This document shows, one piece after another, positions 47,274 through 53,703 of a DNA stretch of 61,806 nt (position 1 is the first letter of the stretch; each line of letters begins with the position of its first letter). The stretch covers positions 1-61,806 of the IMG/VR virus record IMGVR_UViG_3300046479_000013. The stretch is one strand, 5' to 3'. The notes beneath the pieces were generated by a model that was not told the DNA's origin, ran no database searches, and was given only the letters and a program-made list of their open reading frames with translations. The stretch comes from a virus. Taxonomy: Duplodnaviria; Caudoviricetes. The translations under genes were made by a program, and so were the position numbers.

Positions 47274-47286
47274 CTCTTTCTATTAG

Positions 47287-47373
47287 AGCCAAGAGAGGGA
47301 TTTGAACCCTCGACGGAGATTGCTCTCAAGGGATTTGCAGTCCCTACCCTTCGACCACTTGGGACACCTTGGC
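47287..47373 (-). tRNA. tRNA-Cys(GCA) with long variable arm, CCA not encoded
   Basis: Loop CT-GCA-AA, U73, GAGA-GCAA-TCTC variable hairpin, 3' end CTA. Confidence 0.8.
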
Positions 47374-47745
47374 ATGTTCTGTTACCTTGAAACCATCATT
47401 GCGATCGATGGCCATCAGTTCATACCCGACCATGTCAAAATCGTCAAGGGCCAGGAGGACTGATTCGTGATCGAAACACTTACAGGAATAGACGTCCATC
47501 TGGATCATTCCAGGAGAAGTCTCATCCCAAACATGAATCGCAATGTGTGAGGTCTCGATACCAATCTGCGCAGTCAACCCTTTGTTGCCTGGATTGTCCA
47601 CATAGACGGTTCGAGGTTCGATGCATACCTTCATGTCAATGGCAGATACGAGATCTCTAAGCCACTGATTCATTTCATCCTCGCTTCTCGGAGGGTTCAT
47701 GACCCAAGCCTTCACGAGCAAGTGCTGATGGAACAACGCTCCCAT
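47344..47745 (-). CDS. speD: S-adenosylmethionine decarboxylase-like proenzyme
   Basis: GLTAQIGIETSHIAIHVW...MDVYSC; stop codon lies inside tRNA-Cys. Confidence 0.8.
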   Translation of the reverse strand: MGALFHQHLLVKAWVMNPPRSEDEMNQWLRDLVSAIDMKVCIEPRTVYVDNPGNKGLTAQIGIETSHIAIHVWDETSPGMIQMDVYSCKCFDHESVLLALDDFDMVGYELMAIDRNDGFKVTEHAKVSQVVEG

Positions 47746-47803
47746 ATTCTCCCCTTTTGTAGTTAATACAAACAGGAAAGGGAAGTCAACACTTGAATAT
47801 TAT

Positions 47804-47935
47804 TTCTAGGTAAGAGGGCGCAAAAGGATGTGGGCTCCTGACTTACCACTTGTCCACATCCCCGTGAAGTGGGGATGGCACGGATTCGAACCGGCGAATG
47901 GGAGCATGAGGTAACCCTTTTGCAACGACCTAGAA
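47804..47935 (-). ncRNA. Y-RNA-like element 2 with circularly permuted tRNA domain
   Basis: TTCTAG-GTCG..GCAAAAGG-GTTACC..T arm, CATCCCC-ACTTCAC-GGGGATG, D arm..CCTTTTGC..TTAC-CTAGAA. Confidence 0.75.
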
Positions 47936-47939
47936 TATT

Positions 47940-48026
47940 TGGCGGAAGGTGAGAGGATCGAACTCCCGTATCCGTGAGGATGCTTCTGGTTAGCAACCAG
48001 ACCCATTACCACTCTGGCAACCTTCC
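47940..48026 (-). tRNA. tRNA-Ser(GCT)
   Basis: Long variable arm, loop TT-GCT-AA, G73-CCA. Confidence 0.92.
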
Positions 48027-48031
48027 GTAAA

Positions 48032-48121
48032 TGGCGGAGGGGACAGGATTTGAACCTGCGGGACGCTTGCGCGCCCACCACCTTTCCGAGATGGAGCTAT
48101 CGACCACTCTGCCACCCCTCC
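48032..48121 (-). tRNA. tRNA-Ser(GGA)
   Basis: Long variable arm, loop TC-GGA-AA, G73-CCA. Confidence 0.88.
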
Positions 48122-48299
48122 TAGTCGTGCCCTGGTTAGATTTGGTTAGCAATCACCAGGGCGTAGTAATGACAAACACAGACGCCTATCGTTTCAGCCT
48201 TCTGTACCGCTAACCTGTCATTCTCGTAAGATTTCGCAAGGAACATTCATGCCTGGTCCCTTGCCGGTATGTCGGTGACTTTGCAGCGTAGTTCCGTCC

Positions 48300-48473
48300 T
48301 GGCTAGCCCAAGGGAGTTGAACCCCTGCCCTCCTTGCCTTGCGGGAGAAGGGTTTTCCATGGCGTGACGTGTAGCGCCCGACTATAGACCTATGGGAGGA
48401 CTCCGTCCAGTCCCGTTACACCCATTGATGGAAACCAGCTCTAAGGTCAGAGATGACTGGCAACCATGGCCCA
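48300..48473 (-). ncRNA. large tRNA-like RNA with expanded anticodon-position domain
   Basis: TGGGCCA/TGGGCTA-GCCA ends, AGGGG-TTCAACT-CCCT T arm, TTTCCAT/ATGGAAA stem enclosing ~65 nt. Confidence 0.45.
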
Positions 48474-48590
48474 TCCATTCCCAAGGCACAAGGCCTCCTA
48501 CGGGATCCAAGTGGGTGCGGGACCATTCTCTAGCGGCCCACTCGGGTCTTCTCCCAAGCCGGGGTGCCAGCTGAAGAAGATAGAACTACT

Positions 48591-48683
48591 TCTGAAGATA
48601 AGGCAGTGTCGAAGGATTTAATTAGCCAGGTGGCCTTGCGGCACGGAGGCTTGGACGGTAACCCTTTGACTTCGACCTTCAGA
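48591..48683 (-). ncRNA. Y-RNA-like element 3
   Basis: TCTGAAG-GTCGAAG-TCAAAGG-GTTACC...CCTTCGAC..TTAT-CTTCAGA; contains GNCGAAG. Confidence 0.75.
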
Positions 48684-48697
48684 TGATCTGAAGAACT

Positions 48698-48822
48698 TTT
48701 CTGAGGTAAGAGGCGAGGAGGGTTGGGTGCTGCTTTGGTACTTCTGTGCTGCTAGGTACTGCTTGGTTGCGTTAAACTTCAACGCTATCAGGGAGATAAC
48801 CCTATCTCAACGACCTCAGAAA
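48698..48822 (-). ncRNA. Y-RNA-like element 4
   Basis: TTTCTGAG-GTCG..AGGGTTATC...CCCT..TTAC-CTCAGAAA. Confidence 0.7.
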
Positions 48823-49601
48823 TTAGTGGACATACCCGGATTCGAACCGAGGACCAGGGAGCTACCCTTTTGACCAGAATGGAACACTCTCAATCCGTGA
48901 GGAGGGGTCTCGATCCCCAGTGCCCTATGCCCATGAACTTTGGTGAGAAGATTTATGAAGTCCTTCCCGTATTTCATCTGGACATAATCCAGTATTGGTT
49001 TCATTTCTTGTTTTTCAAGGACCTGAATTGGATGAGGAAACGCTTGGAGTTTATACTCATGTTGAGAATTCTTCCAACCCTTTATCTCGATATAACTGCC
49101 GTCTCCAAGAATAAAATCAGGATGGTATTTCCTAGAGATTCCTTCTGCGTCCAGGTAGTCAAACCCCTGTTCGTTTCTCCTAAAGGATACTCCATGATCT
49201 ATGCTGAAGAGGATCCAAGCAAGTTCCCAACTAGAATCACACCAGATTCCAACATAGAAACCTTTCTTACCTCTACCTCCGTGTCTCATCCCTCCACCCC
49301 AAGCCTTTGGATCTTTCTTCCGGGCTTCTTGAAGGAGGATAGCCCTATTCCTTTTAGACCAGAGCTTAGAACATTCTCTGGAACAAAATACAATGGACCT
49401 ATATCCTTTATCATGACGATGAAACAAAGAACCACATTCTCTACAGAATCTGTCCACACAGAGATTATTTTGATTCTCATGAAGAGAGTTTGAGATCTTA
49501 TTTCTGGTCTCTGGGCTTAGAGTCCGATTCCGATTGGAACAAGAAGGGCTACAGAAATTTGGTTTCTGAGTTTCTTTCCCGCAATATTTACATTTATTCA
49601 T
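48816..49601 (-). CDS. homing-type endonuclease (Zn fingers + PD-(D/E)XK-like)
   Basis: CKYCG, FCSPSC, DSSWELAW...YHPDFIL..YIEIKGW; related to 40984..41733; C-terminus overlaps RNA genes. Confidence 0.82.
   Translation of the reverse strand: MNKCKYCGKETQKPNFCSPSCSNRNRTLSPETRNKISNSLHENQNNLCVDRFCRECGSLFHRHDKGYRSIVFCSRECSKLWSKRNRAILLQEARKKDPKAWGGGMRHGGRGKKGFYVGIWCDSSWELAWILFSIDHGVSFRRNEQGFDYLDAEGISRKYHPDFILGDGSYIEIKGWKNSQHEYKLQAFPHPIQVLEKQEMKPILDYVQMKYGKDFINLLTKVHGHRALGIETPPHGLRVFHSGQKGSSLVLGSNPGMSTNF
48824..48932 (-). ncRNA. tRNA-like RNA with Ala-type acceptor and non-canonical core
   Basis: GGGCATA/TATGTCC-A (G3:U70), TTCGAAT T arm, no normal D/anticodon arms, ends CTA. Confidence 0.45.
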
Positions 49602-49639
49602 TTCCACCTCAGGTATCACCTAGGAAGCAGAAGTTCGAA

Positions 49640-49714
49640 TGGTGACCCCGGAGAATTTCGAAATCTCGACCGGATGCGTGTAAAGCATCTGCTCTGCCTC
49701 TGAGCTACGGTGCC
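49640..49714 (-). tRNA. tRNA-Val(TAC)
   Basis: Cloverleaf, loop TT-TAC-AC, CCA. Confidence 0.87.
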
Positions 49715-49731
49715 AATATTTATTATATGAA

Positions 49732-49916
49732 TTTGTCTTGATAAAAGGTCGGCGTCCCAGATAGTATATTTAACGGCGCGGCTACCAGACTTCGCCACCC
49801 CTCGATGAAGTCGAGGGAGGAGGATTTGAACCTCCGACAGAGCAGGGTATATACAAGGCCCATTGCTCCAACCGTGCCCCAAGCAGGATAAGGGACATCC
49901 AGTCGACCAAGACAAA
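49732..49916 (-). ncRNA. Y-RNA-like element 5 with circularly permuted tRNA domain
   Basis: TTTGTCTTG-GTCGA..GTCCC-TTATC...T arm, TCCCTCGA-CTTCA-TCGAGGGG, D arm...GGGAC..TTAT-CAAGACAAA. Confidence 0.75.
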
Positions 49917-49923
49917 ACTGTTT

Positions 49924-49994
49924 CTCAAAGATAAGGGAACTCCAAGACGGAGGCATCATTAACAGGATAACCGTCAGCGGAAACGACCTTTGAG
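49924..49994 (-). ncRNA. Y-RNA-like element 6 (minimal)
   Basis: CTCAAAG-GTCG..GACGG-TTATC-CTGTTAA..CCGTC..TTAT-CTTTGAG. Confidence 0.7.
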
Positions 49995-49998
49995 TGAT

Positions 49999-50073
49999 TG
50001 GTGCAGGGGGAAGGATTTGAACCCTCGATTCCAGGACTTGTACCCGAAGCTTTGAACACTAAGCTACCCCTGC
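49999..50073 (-). ncRNA. tRNA-like RNA, non-canonical anticodon loop (TACAAGT)
   Basis: Perfect acceptor, D and T arms, ACCA; lacks U33. Confidence 0.65.
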
Positions 50074-50082
50074 TAGATAAAA

Positions 50083-50173
50083 TGGTGGGTAGGGATGGAT
50101 TCGAACCACCGACTACCAGGGTTTTACGCCTGGCGCTCTCAAGTCCTTGCGGAACCAACTGAGCTACCTCCCC
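50083..50173 (-). ncRNA. tRNA-like RNA with hairpin inserted in D loop and 8-nt anticodon-position loop
   Basis: TCC-GCAA-GGA in D loop; CCAGG-CGTAAAAC-CCTGG; ACCA. Confidence 0.65.
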
Positions 50174-50177
50174 AGAG

Positions 50178-50290
50178 TGACCCTGCCTTGATACTCGCTC
50201 TTTGGACCCGGCTGCGTGCAATAGCGGTTTCCACTGCGGGTATCCACTCCAACCTTATGCGTCTGTTATAGAGACAAGGTTACAGGGTCG
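50178..50290 (-). ncRNA. candidate rod-shaped RNA with large central bubble
   Basis: GACCCTG/CAGGGTC and CCTTG/CAAGG closing stems, TGGA/TCCA and CCCG/CGGG distal stems. Confidence 0.35.
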
Positions 50291-50294
50291 TGAT

Positions 50295-50372
50295 TGGTTG
50301 GGAGGGAAGGATTTGAACCCCCGACCTCTTAGGCTTGCGGCCTAGGTGCTCTGAACACTGAGCTACCTCCCA
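50295..50372 (-). ncRNA. tRNA-like RNA, anticodon arm replaced by longer stem with CGCAA loop
   Basis: TGGGAGG/CCTCCCA acceptor, TAGGC-CGCAA-GCCTA, ACCA. Confidence 0.65.
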
Positions 50373-50377
50373 ATTGA

Positions 50378-50793
50378 TGGTGGACCTGGAGGGAATCGAA
50401 CCCTCGTCCAAGAAGACTGACCTTGATAGGAATTACACGCTTCCTTGACCTTAGACCTCCTGGAGCCGGTGGTCAAGGAACCACTCCGGAGGGATCTGCG
50501 TTCGTCACCATTCGGGCCGCAACCCCTGTGATGGTCTATTCTCTAGCACAGAATCGGTAGGATTGCTCCACCCTATCTATGTTCGGAGTCAAGCGAGACT
50601 CATGACTCCTATCCTGCTTACGCTACTAGAGCGAGTTCGGAACCGGCGCGGACGCTGGAACCAATGAAGCGGGAGAGGGAACTAGCAACAAAGTTGGCAG
50701 TTTTGTTTCACATGATTATTAAAGTCGGCCATCATGCTTCCGCTGCGTGCCTATACAAGACCTAAATCAACCTGTCGAAACCGGGTCAGGCCC
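50378..50793 (-). ncRNA. ssrA: tmRNA
   Basis: 5' GGGCCTGACCCGGTTTCGAC, 3' GGACGAGGGTTCGATTCCCTCCAGGTCCACCA, G3:U70; tag ORF 50698-50618 ANFVASSLSRFIGSSVRAGSELALVA*. Confidence 0.92.
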
Positions 50794-50827
50794 CTTTGAA
50801 CTTCCTCGAACTAAGTAAGAGGAAGAA

Positions 50828-51568
50828 ATGACATATTACCTATTGTATAAGACAACATGCCAGATTACTGGAAAATTCTACTGCGGAATGCACAAGACAG
50901 AAGAACTGGAAGATGGATATCTCGGATCAGGAAAACGCCTCCGGGCTTCAGTTGCAAAGTATGGAAAGGAGAACTTCACCCGAGAGCTTATTTCTACCCA
51001 CGATAGCCAAGAAACTCTTTCCAAGGCTGAAGAGGAATTGATCACCCCCGAGATGCTATCTAACCCCATGTGTCTGAATCTTGTTCCAGGCGGGAAAGGA
51101 GGCTCAGGACCAGGGAAGCTTGGTGCTTCACTTGGGGGTCAAGCCTATGCTAAGGCGCTTGAGGAGAACTCTGCATTCAGAGAAGTTAAGATACCCCAAC
51201 TCTGTGCTGCCGGGAAGCTTGGAGGAGCCTTGGGAAGCAACCTTCAAATTGGAGAAAGGGGAAAGATTTCTGCTCAAACTCCAGAGGCCAGATCCAAGAG
51301 AATCTCTACCATGAGAGAACGGGGTCACCAGAAAGGTGCGAAGAACAGTCAGTCTGGAACCACGTGTATCTATCACCCAGAGCACGGAAACAAGAGGATA
51401 CCTCAACAAGAAATAGATTCCTGGATCACTCAAGGATGGTTACCCGGAGCTAATATTGGAACCTGTTTCATTCATCATCCTGAAGCGTTGAAGGGGAAAC
51501 TCATTCCCAAAGGAGACCTGGATTCTTGGACCGATCAAGGTTGGATCCCTGGAATGAAACCCAGATAG
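50828..51568 (+). CDS. GIY-YIG (Seg-like) homing endonuclease
   Basis: LLYKTTCQITGKFYCGMH...DGYLGSG...YGKENF...NLVPGG; two C-terminal xxxGW.PG repeats. Confidence 0.88.
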   Translation: MTYYLLYKTTCQITGKFYCGMHKTEELEDGYLGSGKRLRASVAKYGKENFTRELISTHDSQETLSKAEEELITPEMLSNPMCLNLVPGGKGGSGPGKLGASLGGQAYAKALEENSAFREVKIPQLCAAGKLGGALGSNLQIGERGKISAQTPEARSKRISTMRERGHQKGAKNSQSGTTCIYHPEHGNKRIPQQEIDSWITQGWLPGANIGTCFIHHPEALKGKLIPKGDLDSWTDQGWIPGMKPR

Positions 51569-51737
51569 CGCCGATTCTTGTCTTCGCCGCAAGCGTCTAG
51601 GACAATCTAATTGATAGACTACAGCGATCTACATCGGGAGATCAATCGTGCAGCCAGAGGGGGACAAGGGCTGTCCCACCGCCTCCACCATCTGGTCATA
51701 GGGGCCAGAACCATCCTCTCAAGGAGTGATTGGATAG

Positions 51738-51856
51738 TTTCTCAGATTAAAACGGGGTTGGGGTTTACGCGCTCTATCCACTAAGCTACATGGTGGGATT
51801 CGAACCCACGCCTCGCTGTTCGTAGCAGTTAACCAACACACCAACGACCTGAGGAA
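51738..51856 (-). ncRNA. Y-RNA-like element 7 (T arm joined to D arm, acceptor stem deleted)
   Basis: CTCAG-GTCG..GGTTAAC..GTGGG-TTCGAAT-CCCAC-CATG-TAGCTTAGTGGATAGAGC..TAAT-CTGAG. Confidence 0.7.
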
Positions 51857-51861
51857 TAGTT

Positions 51862-51997
51862 TCTCTGATGAAAACCGGAATGGAATTTTACGCGCTCTAC
51901 CAGACTGAGCTATACGAGGAAGAGATGCCCTCGCAGATGGATTTGAACCACCGACCACGCTCTTAACAGGAGATAATCCATTACCAACGACCAGAGA
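51862..51997 (-). ncRNA. Y-RNA-like element 8 with circularly permuted tRNA domain
   Basis: TCTCTG-GTCG..AATGGA-TTATC..T arm, TGCGAGGG/TCCTCGTA closed acceptor, D arm..TCCATT..TCAT-CAGAGA. Confidence 0.75.
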
Positions 51998-52031
51998 TAT
52001 TATTGTCACCGCACCAGGTGAACTAGATAAG

Positions 52032-52118
52032 TGGGGAGGGATGGATTCGAACCACCGACCTCTAAGGATTTGACCCCTTAGTGCTCTGCGCCCGAAGGCC
52101 CAACTGAGCTACCTCCCC
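52032..52118 (-). ncRNA. tRNA-like RNA with hairpin inserted in D loop, paralog of 50083..50173
   Basis: GGGGAGG/CCTCCCC, GCC-TTCG-GGC insert, CTAAGG-GGTCAAAT-CCTTAG; CCA not encoded. Confidence 0.65.
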
Positions 52119-52192
52119 TTTGATAGTTGCCCCTCAACCCACCACATGTGAGGGGCCAGCAGCGGGAAAGGAGGGAAACCGCTACTGAGAAT

Positions 52193-52260
52193 TGGCGAAG
52201 ATAAGGAGACCAAGATCGGGTTTCTTCAAAGGGTAACCGATTCCTGAACGACCTTCGCTA
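52193..52260 (-). ncRNA. Y-RNA-like element 9 (minimal)
   Basis: TAGCGAAG-GTCG..ATCGG-TTACC..CCGAT..TTAT-CTTCGCCA. Confidence 0.7.
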
Positions 52261-52721
52261 GATAGGGCCGGGTGAGAATCTCGATGTTGTTACCCGGATC
52301 GGAGCAGGACTACAAGCCTGTTCCTTCGCAACATCATATCAGTCCGCTTCGACCCCTGCCTGGGGAGGATGAACTGAGGAGCCTACGGGGTGTTCGCCGA
52401 ATCCCCGCCATCGTTCCCCTCTGTAAGTCAAGTTGGGGCCACTCTAGTTACCCTATCCCTCAAGAACCCAGCGGTAAACACTCTGTGGCTCTCATGTATC
52501 CCCTCATATTCCCTCACAAGGCTCGATGGATGGGGCACCACGGAGCCGAGGTAGCTAAAGCTTTCTGGCGCAGGACGTATAGCGGACCTGATGCGCATAA
52601 CCCTGGCACGAGGGGCATCCTTGTAATCTAGAGCTAGATCCTATCACTAATATGAACACTCTGGTTCTCATCTCCGGAGCTTGCACCAAGGGGGAGCGAT
52701 TGGAAAACCCCTTGATCTTAT

Positions 52722-52786
52722 GGTCTCGATGAGTTGGCGAAGACGGGTATATAAGCCAGATAACCGTTCCTCAGCGACCGAGAGCC
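52722..52786 (-). ncRNA. Y-RNA-like element 10 (minimal)
   Basis: TCTCG-GTCG..ACGG-TTATC..CCGT..TCAT-CGAGA. Confidence 0.65.
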
Positions 52787-52840
52787 TGATATTTGAGTTG
52801 GCGTTTCACAACGAGCAACTCGTTTGTCGTTGATCATTAT

Positions 52841-52858
52841 TGAACTTTCAAGGAACCG
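52841..52858 (-). promoter_or_regulatory. boxA-like antitermination site in RNA-operon leader
   Basis: GGTTCCTTGAAAGT resembles rrn boxA; lies just upstream of the first RNA gene. Confidence 0.4.
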
Positions 52859-53067
52859 AACACTCGAGACCTAAGTTACTCCACCTTGGAGCGTACCAGC
52901 ATCCTTGGAAGGAATCACTGTCTCGAACTATCAAGGCCACTCTAACTCTAGCCTTCTCAGCTTGTTCCGGCCTCAACCGTGCGGATGAGAGAGGATACCC
53001 CATGGTTTATGAAATTCCACTCTCGGTAAAGATTCTTCGGGAAGTCGTTTGATTGATTTGTGTCCAA

Positions 53068-53679
53068 TCACTCCTCATCATCTTCTTCGACATTCCCATC
53101 CCCGATTCCATCCTGAAGGTTCCCGTTCTCATCCACATGACAGACGCTCTTCAAGACGTAATTTTCCATTGAAGAAAGAAATGCTGTTCGACTACCAATC
53201 TGGAATTGGTAATTCCCCATGACGTCCCCCATCCCTTCAAAGGAGTAGGCCTCTAGATTTCTATCTTGGAAAACCAGCCAGGTGGTGTCATCTGACTCAT
53301 CGTTGCAACTGACCACCTGTATGTGTAGACTGTCTACATCTGGAGAGTTGTTCTTTTCATCATTGAAGATGGACCATACCAACTGGGTTCCGGGAATAGC
53401 TCGAAAACCTTGAACGAATTTTCTTACTTCTTCCTCAGGAGGAGCCATTTGTCCAATCTGAGCTCTGTATTCTTCAGCCTCTTCCTCATCAAAGAAATCT
53501 GGCTCTACCCCAGGCCCAGAGATATAGAACTCATAGGATTTAGAAACCTGTATTCCCAGGAGAGCCAGGACACCTTTTAAATCTGGATCTGCTTTCTTCA
53601 AGACCTTTGCTTCAAATTGCTCTGGGGTTAGAGCCTTGCGAGGCTTGGCGGCTTTCTTTAGAAGTTTAGATCCGAACAT
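53068..53679 (-). CDS. KLL-leader family protein
   Basis: MFGSKLLKKAA; acidic; AGGAG RBS. Confidence 0.72.
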   Translation of the reverse strand: MFGSKLLKKAAKPRKALTPEQFEAKVLKKADPDLKGVLALLGIQVSKSYEFYISGPGVEPDFFDEEEAEEYRAQIGQMAPPEEEVRKFVQGFRAIPGTQLVWSIFNDEKNNSPDVDSLHIQVVSCNDESDDTTWLVFQDRNLEAYSFEGMGDVMGNYQFQIGSRTAFLSSMENYVLKSVCHVDENGNLQDGIGDGNVEEDDEE

Positions 53680-53703
53680 GAGGTTCTCCTGCCTAAGAAA
53701 CTC

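Noticed and set aside
49616-50221. Short ORFs over the RNA cluster (also 47763..48081, 45452..45829, 51719..52009, 19945..20202)
   Set aside because: Translations contain GSNP/RFKS-type strings typical of reading through tRNA T loops; the RNA structures explain the sequence.
51679-51690. Plus-strand CCGCCTCCACCA resembling a tmRNA/tRNA 3' end or attachment site
   Set aside because: No canonical T loop or matching 5' strand found and no integrase in the window; may be chance.
52032-52118. TCA in the anticodon-position loop suggesting tRNA-Sec or opal suppressor
   Set aside because: 8-nt loop without U33, 6-bp stem, 7-bp acceptor and no long variable arm; does not fit tRNA-Sec.
44465-52786. 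Recurrent GATAACC...CGACC words as a CRISPR array or as terminators
   Set aside because: No identical direct repeats or regular spacing and no cas genes; elements are too long and lack U tracts.
48122-53060. RNase P RNA or SRP RNA in the non-coding stretches
   Set aside because: Could not find the GAGGAAAGTCC or CAGG-GGAA-GCAGC signatures by eye; a covariance search is needed to exclude divergent forms.
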